Under the pieces are notes generated by a model. It ran no database searches, had not been told where the DNA came from, and worked only from the letters and a program-made list of their open reading frames with translations. A stretch of DNA of 64,000 nt from Selaginella moellendorffii (Eukaryota; Plantae; Lycopodiophyta). Below are positions 10,034 through 20,599 of the stretch, one piece after another. Every line of letters starts with the position of its first letter. The stretch's first letter is position 1. The translations under genes were made by a program, and so were the position numbers. The stretch spans positions 231,777 through 295,776 of the forward strand of contig NW_003314267.1 in NCBI RefSeq assembly GCF_000143415.4. Reading direction: 5' to 3'.

Positions 10034-13000
10034 ATGGCCTTCAGGGTTGGGGAAAAGGTTTACATTTTGAATGGTGGGAAGAGAGTTGCAAAAGGGACCC
10101 TTGTGTCTATGGATCGGAACTTTGTTATACACTGTCAAAGGCTTGGGGAAGGCAATGCTGCTGTATCAGTAGAGACTGTCTTCGATGGGAATGTGGTCGC
10201 TATTGAACGAGGAGAGATGGTCGTCAGGGTAAATGTTGTTGTTGCCTTGAAAAATCTGCAGAAGAAAGCAGATGTTGGGGACAGCGCAAGTGCGACGCAT
10301 GTTCCCTCCGTGGATCTTAAGAACCGTGCTACATGGATTCAGGCAAAGGTGTTTCTAAACAACCCCGAGGGGGAGGTGGTAGCTGAGGGCTTAGCCACAG
10401 TTGTCGATCCAAGAGATGCGGTTGCTAATCAAGAATTGGGCTGGGATGATATTGGAGTTGCGATTTTAGAGGTTGTTGACACAGAAGAAAACAATCTGAC
10501 TATTGGAAGCATTGTGCGGTGGAAATTGAGGCATTTAGTGTTTGAGAATGTGAAGGATTCACAATCAAACACCACTACAACTAATGACAGAACATCTCTT
10601 CATGGGAAAAGAAAGTACACCTTCCTACAGCACAGCCAAAGGGATCTGAGCAACGAACCGAAAAGTCAGAAAATGGCGATGGAGGTTCGAATGGTCTCGA
10701 CAGTTGCTTGTTGCAAGAGGAGGTGCTGTCAACATGCTGATTGGGATGCTATTGAAGAGGAGAGAGCAAGATACAAGACATTGTCCTGGAAGGCAGCTTG
10801 CAATTTTGTGTATGAGGCATTACGGTCATCTGTTGATGCTTCAGAACATCAGGTGGGGGGCATGGTCTTCCAGAGGGGTTTGGTCTGCATGAAGGCATGG
10901 AGAATTATTTATGGAGTCCCTCGAAGCACATTCTACAGAATCAAAACTGAGTTCGAGGAACAAAGGGTTCAACAGGCAGTCCATGGGAACGACGGTACGC
11001 ACAAAACCAGGGGTCATGTTGTATATGGAGAGGCAATCTTCAAGAGGTTTGTCGAGACATGTAGCGAGTAGCAACCACATAAAACACGCCTCTTGGAAGA
11101 TGGAACACGAGACACCCAACGAGTTCTCCCTTCCATGTATACCGAAGGGGCCATATTGGAAGATGTGAATCGGGAACTCCAGAGTAATGGCTACAGGAAG
11201 CTGAGTCAATCTAGATTTAGTAGATTGTGGAGCAACAGGTTCAGGGATGTGAGTATAGGAAAGTACTCCAGCTTTTCAAAGTGTGACGAGTGCATTGCTA
11301 TCAAAATGGCTTTGTCGAAGAATTCTTGCAGTGCTCAAGAGCGAGAGACGTTGGTTAGAAGGCGGCTCGACCACAACATCGAGCAGAGAAGCTGCAAGAC
11401 TGCATATTGTCATAACAGGATTCTCTCCATGGAGAGACCTGACTCTTACCTCTGCATCATCCATGACAAAATGGACCAGAAAAAGACGTGCTTACCTCGA
11501 CTCAATCCTGCCCCCAAGGCAATCTCTTCATCCATGCAGCTGCCTGTGTCTCTGTTTGGCATAATCGCTCATGGGCATGGTGCCCAGAACTATGGGAACT
11601 TCTTTGTACCTCTATGGGGTGGCGGGGGTGCAAACATGATGATTGCGTCCCTAGCAAAACACTTAAGGTCTCTGCAAAGTGCGCAGACTGAGCTGAACGG
11701 CCAACCCTTGCATAAGGCCCTTGTCGATCGAACCCCATACAGGGTTCAGCTGGAGGAGGAGCAAAGGCTTGCAGTATCGCGTGGGGCCCCATGCCATCCC
11801 AGTGAATATGTTGGCCGTCAGATTGTAGGGTTATCACGTGAGGCCTCATGCCATTCCGACGAGGCTGGTCGCCCGGTGAATGCACAGCCTCATCCAAACA
11901 AAGCAGAATCTCAAGGAAGTTCTTGCGGCCGATGTGGCCTTCCACCCCATCTTCTGCTCCAAACAGACAATGCTGGCAGTGAGAACAAAAACATGTACGT
12001 CTTCGCGTGCTTGGCGATGCTTGTTGCCAAAGGCATATTTGAAACGGTTACACTTGGCTTTCTCATGGTTGGGCACACTCATGAAGACGTCGATGCCATG
12101 TTCAGTCACCTGGCAGAGTCCCTCCGGCGATCCAATGTCCTCACCCTCCCACAACTCTACGATGAATTCCAAAATTGCATCAAAGGCACTGTTGAAGCTG
12201 CACTTGTGACAGAGGTTCCAGACTTTAAGGGGTTTGTAAAAGGCTACATCAGGGACGGATCCGAAACGCTGATTGGCCACTCCAAGCCTCTTCAGTTTCA
12301 TTTCAGCATGCGTGACGGTGCTCCAGTGATGAGGTACAAGATGAGAGAATGGGACATAGTGTGGCTGCCAGTGGATGGCATTGAACTCTTCAAGAGAGAT
12401 CCCATAACTGGGGAACCTATGATTCCTCAGGGTTCCCCACGGCCGATGCACCCGGATGGACTCAAAGACCAGGAAAGTATAGTGGCCGGGATTAGACAGC
12501 ATATTGCCTTCTGGAAGAGGGGGTTGGTGTTTGGTGGAGAATCCTATTTTAAGAGGTGCAAGCCTTTGCTCGAATACTGGGAGAAGATTATATCTGCTAT
12601 CCAAAATGGGCCGGTTGTATATGAAGAATTGGAAGAGTCCTTTTGGCCAGAACCCAGAGCACCAGATAGTAGCGGAACAATGTCCTCTGGAAATGCAGTG
12701 ACAGATAACGATGTTGAGGATCACTATTGTGGGCCGAGGAACAAGAAGCCGGATTCAGCATTCAATCCAGTACAGGTCTGCAAAGGAATGGTCGTGCTTG
12801 TCAGACCCAGTAATAAAAAACAAATGATATGGGTGGGGCGCTGCATCACTGATGCAGAGGAGGACGCGGAAACTAACTCCTTCAATGTAACTGTGGAGTG
12901 GTTCAAGCCAAGTTCCGGATATACGAAGGATTGCCTAGAAAAAAGATGGGTGCTGAATCCAAGGGATCCCAGCATGAGCATATCGGTGGATAATGTTGTG

Positions 13001-13175
13001 CATGGTTGGATGCGGAAGCAGAGTGCCACCATCACCTTGCCAGACCATGCAAGAGATGCAGCAAGAGCATTCATAACCCGGGTTCAAGGTGAGATTCATT
13101 AATATTCCTTTACTAAGTTTCTAATGTATTTTATTTCAAGGTGAACAATCCGAATCTGAATCAGAGGAGGCATGA
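10034..13175 (+). CDS. Sola-like DDD transposase, copy 1; one in-frame TAG at 11069-11071; predicted last intron 13089-13140
   Basis: ORFs 10034-11071 and 11093-13102 share one frame. Motifs FSKCDEC, IIHDKMDQKK, LLQTDNAGSENKN, FLMVGHTHEDVDAMFS. Two N-terminal Tnp1/En/Spm-like repeats and a C-terminal SH3-fold-like domain. Terminal exon 13141-13175 encodes GEQSESESEEA*. Confidence 0.85.
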
Positions 13176-13767
13176 TGGCATGTGGCCCTTTGCACTAGTA
13201 TATCTTAATACCGGTCTGAGAAATAGAATGGCATGTGCCCTCAGGCCTTTTACTAAATCACCTTTGAAAGAAATGCAAACCTCTATGTCGTAAAAAAAAG
13301 GTACTAGAGAAATTCCTTAATAATATGAATGTTATTTAGTTTCATGAAAATACACTAAGGGTCAAATGAGTTAAATGACTTCTCCAGACTAGCAATGCCT
13401 CTTGCTACACCTTCACAATTAGATTCGTTAGAAAAAGATAACATTGAATAATATCTAAATGTTCTCACCATTAAGTTATATGTCTGGCTAATAGGAATGA
13501 CGTTCATCTTGGAAAGCTCACCACACGCTCAATGAACAAACAAATAGTGTGTGCGCGCATGCCATCGCTCTTCTTTAGCTTCAGATTCGGCTTGTTCACC
13601 TTGACAATGAGATTTATTATACAACCAGATGGACTCAGTCTGGACACAAAGTCACCGCGCTAGTCACCATGCCCCAGATATGTCTAGCCCCTGGACAAAA
13701 AACATATAATTTCACGTCATTTTCAAATACTTGAAAATTTGTACTTAGTCCCATTTTACTGAATAAA

Positions 13768-13791
13768 TCCCACTTTAACGAAATAGAGCTT
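13768..13791 (-). repeat. Right TIR of copy 1
   Basis: TCCCACTTTAACGAAATAGAGCTT immediately followed by TSD ATGA. Confidence 0.95.
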
Positions 13792-14029
13792 ATGAGTTCT
13801 TTTTCTCTTTTATACTTGTGATTGTTTGTCACGGCTGTAAGTTTTGGTGGAAAGGCTCAATAGTTACTTCATTGCATTTGGGTGGTTTTATACATGAGTA
13901 TGTGGCAACTCTCGGTGGTTTGAGGATGGGTGATGTGGACTTTTTTTGGTTTCTGTCACCTAGCTTGAGTGTTTTCATGAAGGCTTACTCAAGGTAGAGC
14001 CTTGGTCAGTACGTTTGTCAGCATCTAGC

Positions 14030-14780
14030 TTGACTGTTTCAAGAAGACTCACTCACTTGGTCAGTACGTCTGCCAACATCATGTTAGTAGGTCACAATTC
14101 CAAGAGAATTTTGCCTTTTTGGATCAGCTCCTATATGAAGTGGAAATGCAATTTTATGTGCTTTGTTCTTGAGTGGAATCATGAGTTCCTCATAAGAGCA
14201 ATAGCAGACTGATTATCACACTAGAGCTATATGGGAGGCAGATCTTCAAGAAGCTTACTCAACCAGATCACCTCCTTTGCTATTGTTGCTGCTACTACAT
14301 ATTCTGATTTTATTAAAGACATAGCTGTGATAGCATGCTTCTTCAAGCACCAACTGCAAAATGTTCTTGCAATGGATTCTCCAAGTACTTTGCCATGCAG
14401 CTTATAAGGTAGGCTAAATCTGGCCTTGTAGAAATCACGGGATAGATCATGCTGCCGACCATCAACACAAGATATATCACTTTTCTCCTGCTCGGATGTT
14501 TGGATGTGGAAGCCTTGGAAAGCTTAAGGCTTGCTTGCATGGGAGTGGCCACAAGATTAAAAGTACCTTTGAAGTGCATGTTTTTCCTGAGAGAGCTCAA
14601 GAATCCATTGTCTCTAGTTCCTTCATATTTGGATTCCAAGGTAGTAGTGCAACTCACCAAGATTTAATTTCCCAGAGAGTTGAGTCTTAATTTGGATATC
14701 ATCCACATAAAGCACTAGGAAGATAAATCCTTGGCCTTTAAAGTAGATATATAGGTTATCATTGTAGTCTAAAAAACTAT
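14030..14780 (-). pseudogene. Decayed Ty1/Copia pol fragment (RT + RNase H)
   Basis: Minus-strand LVLYVDDI, VGSMIY..ISTRPDLAY, KHIKLHFHFI...MLADVLTK, with stops and frameshifts. Confidence 0.85.
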
Positions 14781-15554
14781 TAGTCTTGTTATACTGCTCA
14801 TACCTAAGTTTCGATTTGGATTTTTTGGAAGGTCATCTGGCCTAAATACTGCCTTCTTCAATGATATCGCCCACTCGCTACAGCCTCTGGAGATATCTCC
14901 AGATGCATGGTCAATTGGTTCACTGGGGCAGGGATAGGTGTCGGGAGCACCTAGAAGAAAAGCTGGCAATCTCGGCTTTGGGGGTTTTGGTCGGTGTGAG
15001 CTGAGTGTCGTCCATGTGCTAGACGGGTGGTCACGAATCACTCTCGAGTGAAATCCAATAATGCTTAAAACTAAGTATCCCAAAACTTTGGGATACTCTA
15101 TATTTGAACCCTTATGGATCATCTTGTGAAACACAAATCCCTAAGCCCCAAAATGGAGCCAAAAGGGTGTTATATAATAATAGTCAAAGCTGAAGCTAAA
15201 TGAGAGGAACATATTTGGTTTAAAGGCTTTTATTCAAAAAGTCAAGAGCAAAAGTGGAACTCCCAATGAAGTGCTTAAGGAATGAGTACGAAACAATTAA
15301 TAAGTGAGTTTCTAGAAAAGGGATATAAAAGGACCAACACATGATATATAGAAGTGTTGGGACCAAATCTGAGATGGACTTGAGATGGAGTCCGAGATGG
15401 AACCAAGATGGAATCCGAGATGGAGTTTGAGAAGAAGTCCGAGATGGACCCAAGATGGAGTCTGAGATGGACTCGAGATGGAGTTTGAGATGGAGACTAA
15501 GACCAGATATGAGACTGAGACCGAGACTAGGTCAAAGATCAAGTTTGAGTCCAA

Positions 15555-16512
15555 TGTAAGCAACTAAAGGGAACGACTCAAAAGACAGTCCATAGGGTTC
15601 AAATATAGAGGGAAAGGGCCCATGAATAAGAGTGCACCTCCTTTTTCAATCGGTTAAGGGTCTTGGGATATTTGGGGTTAAGCGTCCTTGGGTTTGAATA
15701 GTACTGGGCTGGGTGACCTCCTGGGAAATCCAAACTCAGGAGCGTTACATTTGGTATCGGAGCGGTCTCGGGTCCGACTCTGTTGGTTGCGGTCTCGGGT
15801 CCGACTCTGTTGGTTGGCTAAGGGAATCGCACCACATATTGATTGACATCTGGCTGGTCCAGTTTGCTCCCACTGGGCTCGACCCGAGGGGTAGGGTGTC
15901 AAAGAGAGCGGGGCTCTCAAGAGAGCTACGGCTCTCAGCTTCCGTTCACGAGGGCGTGAACTTGCAGGGAAGCGTGGTGGATGGGAACGACTCAAGAGAC
16001 GGTCCATGGGTTCAAATATAGAGGGAAAGGGCCCATGAATAAGAGTGCACCTCCTTTTTCAATCGGTTAAGGGTCTTGGGATATTTGGGGGACCTCCCGG
16101 GAAGTCCAAACTCAGGAGCGTTACATTTGGTATCGGAGCGGTCTCGGGTCCGACTCTGTTGGTTGGCTAAGGGAATCACACCACATATTGATTGACATCT
16201 GGCTGGTCCAGTTTGCTCCCACTGGGCTCGACCCGAGGGGTAGGGTGTCAAAGAGAGCGGGGCTCTCAAGAGAGCTACGGCTCTCAGCTTCCGTTCACGA
16301 GGGCGTGAACTTGCAGGGAAGCGTGGTGGATGGGAACGACTCAAGAGACGGTCCATGGGGTTCAAATATAGAGGGAAAGGGCCCATGAATAAGAGTGCAC
16401 CTCCTTTTTCAATCGGTTAAGGGTCTTGGGATATTTGGGGTTAAGCGTCCTTAGGTTTGAATAGTACTGGTTTGGGTGACCTCCCGGGAAGTCCAAACTC
16501 AGGAGCATTACA
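15555..16512 (+). mobile_element. Tandem Cassandra TRIM array (3 LTRs, 2 internal regions) with 5S rRNA-derived LTR core
   Basis: TG...CA ends; TSD TCCAA (15550-15554 / 16513-16517); LTR core GTTAAGCGT...TAGTACT...GGGTGACCTCCYGGGAARTCC resembles the 5S internal promoter; PBS TGGTATCGGAGC after LTR1 and LTR2. Confidence 0.9.
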
Positions 16513-16950
16513 TCCAAGTCTGAGTCCAAGGGTGAAAGCTTAAAGCAATCGTCTTCAAGACCTTAGGGGGTTTGGTGAACTCCAAAAGTATAGTAGGGGG
16601 AAGAACTTTAGTGGAACTAGTTTGGCCAAGAAAAGTTAGTATGATCAAGGAAGGTTATACCCACGTAGTGGGTGATAATATAACCAATAAGAAGTCCAAG
16701 GCTAGAGTGAAAAGAAGAGGAGTAGTCCTTTCATTTAGTGACTAATGATATGGTCACATGGCAAGAAAGTCCTAAAAGATAATGGGACTTAGTGGTTAGG
16801 TCTTCAAGCCCTAACCTAGTAGCAATGTTGGCGAGCATGGTTGTGGACGAAAAAGGACTTAGTGGGGATTGAAGAAGGGATATTGGGGAAGGGTATTCCC
16901 TATGTTTTTGTGAATCCCAAGGATGGTAAAGTGTAGTCATAGGATGACCA

Positions 16951-18722
16951 TGTGAGACACAAAATCCCTAGGCCCCAAAGTGGAGCCGGAAGGGTGCCAC
17001 GTGGTAGTGGCCGAAGCGAAAGCCAAACGAGCGTAACACGTTTGGACTAAAAGCTCTAACTTGAAAGGTCGAGAGTGGGAGTGGAACTCCCAACAAAGTG
17101 CTCGAGGAACAAGCACAAAGTGAGCAATAAGCGAGGCTCCAAAAAGGGACCCAAAAGGACTAACACATAACATGTGGAGGAGGAGTCCAAGGTGGAGTTT
17201 GAGGTGGAGTCCGAGATGGAGTCCGAGATGGAGTCCGAGATGGAGTCCGAGGTGGAGTCCAAGATGGACCAAGATGGAGTCTGAGATGGACCCGAGATGG
17301 AGTCCGAGATGGACCGAGATGGAGTCCGAGATGGACCCGAGATGGAGTCCGAGATGGACCCGAGATGGAATCCGAGATGGACCGAGATGGAGTCCGAGAT
17401 GGACTCAAGATGGAGTCCGAGATGGACTCGAGATGGAGTCCGAGATGGACCGAGATGGACCTGAGATGGAGTCCGAGATGGACCGAGACGGAGTCTGAGA
17501 TGGACCCGAGATGGAGTCCGAGATGGACCTGACGTGGAGTCCGAGATGGACCCGAGATGGAGTCCGAAGTTGAGACCGAGACCTAGACCGAGACCAGGAC
17601 TGAGACCGAGACCGGGATTGAGACCGAGACCGGGACCGAGACCGAGACTGAGGTTGAGGCCGAGACCAAGCCCAAGTCCGAGTCTGAGTCCGAGTCCGAG
17701 TTCGAGTCCGAGTTCGAGTCTGAGAGGGTGAAAGCCCAAAGCGTTCGTCTCCCAGACCCTGGGGGGTTTGGTGAGCTCCAAAAGTATAGTAAGGGGGAGG
17801 ACTGCAATGGAGCCAGTTTGGCCAGGAAAGGCCAGTTTGGCCCAAAAAGGCCAGACCCAATGTTGGGTGATGAACTGACCACTGGGAAGTCCAAGACTAG
17901 AGTGAATACAGACCGACAAGCGAGGTATCTTGGTGAAGTGTTCAAGAGCCGGCTCTAGTTCCCCCGGGAGATCGACTGGCTGATGCTCCCAGTCCAAGTG
18001 TGGGTGGCACTACCTACTTGGATACCAGGCATGGCTCAACAGAACCTCGCTCTAAGCCCATGGCTAGAGCACCTAAAGGTGGAAGGTGGGGAGAGTACCC
18101 ACGGGGCTCGTGTAGGCCCATGGTATTCCGAAATGTTGTCCCGGAGTCCCAAATGGGGGGAAAGGAGGAGGAGCAGTCCTCTAGTGTAGTGACTAAGGAT
18201 ACAATCACATGGTGAGGAAGTCCCAAAGGACCATGGGACTTAGTGGTCGGGCCTGTGGGCCTTGATCTAGTGGCAGTGTCGGCGAACATGGCCATGGACA
18301 GAAAAGGGACTTGGTAAGAACTGACAAAGGGATATTGGGGAAGGCTATTCCCCATATTTGTAGGCATCCTAAGGATGCTAAGGAGTGGATCTGGGTTGAC
18401 CACTCGTGGACGGATGGCCCAGTTTTGGAGAGACGGGATGGTGATGCAAGTGGTATTGGACCACTAGTGCGGCAAAGGTGAATGGGCATGGCCTTAGTTT
18501 AACGGGCCAATATGTCAGTGGTACCTTTGGGTGTCAATCTTGGGACCGGACACGTGGAGCACTTGGACTAAGTGCTAGGGATGAGTGGCATGGATGCCCT
18601 CCTCGGGGCTAGCAAGTCCCAAGTCCTGAATTGGACTTAAGGAGGTTGTGAATGAGACTCCTCCAATGGGTCGAAGGTGTGGTTAAGTGGCTAAAGTAGA
18701 ATGGAAAAATTAGTCGCTTACA
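16951..18722 (+). mobile_element. Young family-A solo LTR
   Basis: TGTGAGACAC...GTCGCTTACA with perfect TSD GACCA (16946-16950 / 18723-18727); internal GAGATGGAGTCC / GAGACC minisatellite at 17170-17725. Confidence 0.92.
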
Positions 18723-19053
18723 GACCACTTATGGATGAGTGGCCTAGTTTTTGGGAGGTGAGACTATGGTATACATGATCTTGAACTACCCACAAGACAA
18801 AAGTGAATGGATATAGCTTTAGCATAATAGACTAATATGCTAGTGGTACCTTTGGGTGTTTATTGTAAAATTGGACACATAGAGCATTTGGACTAAGTGC
18901 AAAAGCTGAGTGGTATAGATGCCATTCATAAAGCTAGTATGTCCTCAAGTCAAAACTAAGATTTAGGGAGGTTGTAAGTGAGACTCCTCCAAATGGTCAA
19001 AGGTGTGGTTAAGTGACTAAAGTAGAATGGAAACTTTAGTTCTTTATACGTCT

Positions 19054-19640
19054 CTCAAGTCATTTTCTTTGGTTGCTTATAATCTGCCATGCTTCCCTGC
19101 AAGTTCACACCCTCATAAATGAAAACTAAAAGCCCTATTCTCTTGATACCCTACCCCTTAGATTGAGCCTAGTTGGAGGCAAACTAAACTTACTAGTTAT
19201 CAATATTAACATAGGGTGTAATTCCCCTATCCAACCAATAGAGTTGGACTCGAGACCACTTTGATACCAAATATAAGCTCCTCAATTTAGACTTCTTGAA
19301 AGGTCATTTACCTTAGTACTATTTAAATCCAAAGATGCTTAACCCCAAGTATCCCAAGACTCTATAAGCAATCAAAGAGAACAATTTGAGAGACAATCCA
19401 TAAGGGTTCAAATATAAACGGAAATGGCCCATGAAAAAAAATGCACCCTCTTTTCCAATAGATTTAATGGTTTTGTAATATTTAAGGTTAAGTGTCTTTG
19501 AGTTTAAATAGTATTGGGCTAGGTGACTTCCTAGGAAGTCTAAATCCAAGAGTTTACATGATTAGAAAAAAGAATGGACTCTGATTTTTCCTTTATATTT
19601 AAACCTTTATGAATAGTCTCTTGAGTTGTTCTCTTTAATT
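19054..19640 (-). mobile_element. Degenerate Cassandra remnants (minus-strand copy continuing from ~15050-15124, plus an inverted LTR ~19363-19558)
   Basis: Reverse-complement matches to the Cassandra internal region, PBS (TGATACCAA ~19262) and 5S-like core. Confidence 0.7.
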
Positions 19641-20599
19641 ATTTATACATACACCCAAAAAATTACTAAGAAGCTATATAAGAACTAAAAGTTTGGCATT
19701 TTTTTCATTCTCTACAAGCTTAGCTAGCAAATTGGTAAATAATCTCCTTTATATCTGCCCATAATAAGAGTAAAAGATTTTACCTTTTGTTCATTGATTA
19801 AGTGCACTTGTTCCAACTTCCTCTAGACTTTCATACATCTTATAACTACATCTATGTGATGTTGGGTTTTTAGCTCTTCATTCCTTTACACATGCCATGA
19901 TATCATTATAACTGCTAATTGTTGGGACCTTTTGTGTAGCGCATGTGATTATGGGATGAGATTTGGATATATTATCACTGTAAATCTTTGGAACCTTGGG
20001 GGATAAATAAGGATAAAATAGCAATTAATAGCTCTTTTATCAAATAATTGCCCCTTTGTAAGGAATTAACTCTCTAAGGTATCGTAGGCTAAAGGAAACC
20101 ACGACCAGGATGATAAAGAGTTCATCAGATGAGATGGAGTCTAAGATTGAGTCCGAAACTGATTCCAAAACTAAGTTCGAGATTGAGTCTGAAATCGAGT
20201 TTGAGACCAACTCCGAGATTGAGTTTGAGTTCGAGACTGAGTCTGAGACCAAGATTGGATTAGAGTGGGAGTGAGCATGGACTCAAGTGGTGCTAGAAAG
20301 GCTACCTAAGGAAGTGCTCAAAAGCAGCTCTTACTCTCGAAGGAGAAACCAATTGTAATACTCTTGGCTTATGTGGAGTGGTGCTCTATTTGAGTACCAT
20401 ATGGCTTATTGGTCCTTGCCCCTTCCTAGGGGCTTAGGCCTTCCCTTCAGGATGGAAGTGGGGGAGTAGGGGTACCCATATCGGGCTGTTAGGCCACAGT
20501 GTTTCCCCCTAGAATCCCAAAGCAAATGATGCACCCAAGACTTGAGATTTAAAGGGTCCTATGATTAAGTTTTGTTATACCATGAAATGTTAGAAACTT

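Larger units (their letters stand above)
1201..13791. mobile_element. Large (12,591 bp) TIR DNA transposon, Sola-like, copy 1
   Basis: Perfect 24-bp TIRs AAGCTCTATTTCGTTAAAGTGGGA (1201-1224 / 13768-13791); 4-bp TSD ATGA (1197-1200 / 13792-13795); encodes a DDD transposase; second copy at 26494-39285 has a different TSD. Confidence 0.95.
15125..19048 (+). mobile_element. Old family-A solo LTR carrying nested Cassandra and solo-LTR insertions
   Basis: Starts TGTGAAACACAAATCCC and ends ...TTAGTTCTTTATA; TSD CATCT/CGTCT; itself inserted in a minus-strand Cassandra. Confidence 0.8.

Noticed and set aside
11774-11865. Introns around the two palindromes inside the transposase
   Set aside because: The candidate GT-AG span is only ~29 nt and the frame is open through it in both copies; treated as coding insertion.
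1587-13250. CRISPR-like array formed by the 22-bp palindromes
   Set aside because: Irregular spacing, degenerate copies inside exons and introns, no cas genes, eukaryotic context.
1201-13791. CACTA, Mutator, Helitron or Polinton/viral identity
   Set aside because: Ends are AAGCT with 4-bp TSDs; no Rep/helicase, PolB, capsid or CACTA termini seen.
15670-15740. Genuine 5S rRNA gene
   Set aside because: Only the internal promoter part is present, embedded in TRIM LTRs with PBS and TSD (Cassandra).
17056-17997. Long ORFs such as LGLGLG / SISDSIS / MESEMD, also near 23.5k, 41k, 44k, 50.7k and 54.7k
   Set aside because: Translations of the LTR minisatellite, open in several frames on both strands.
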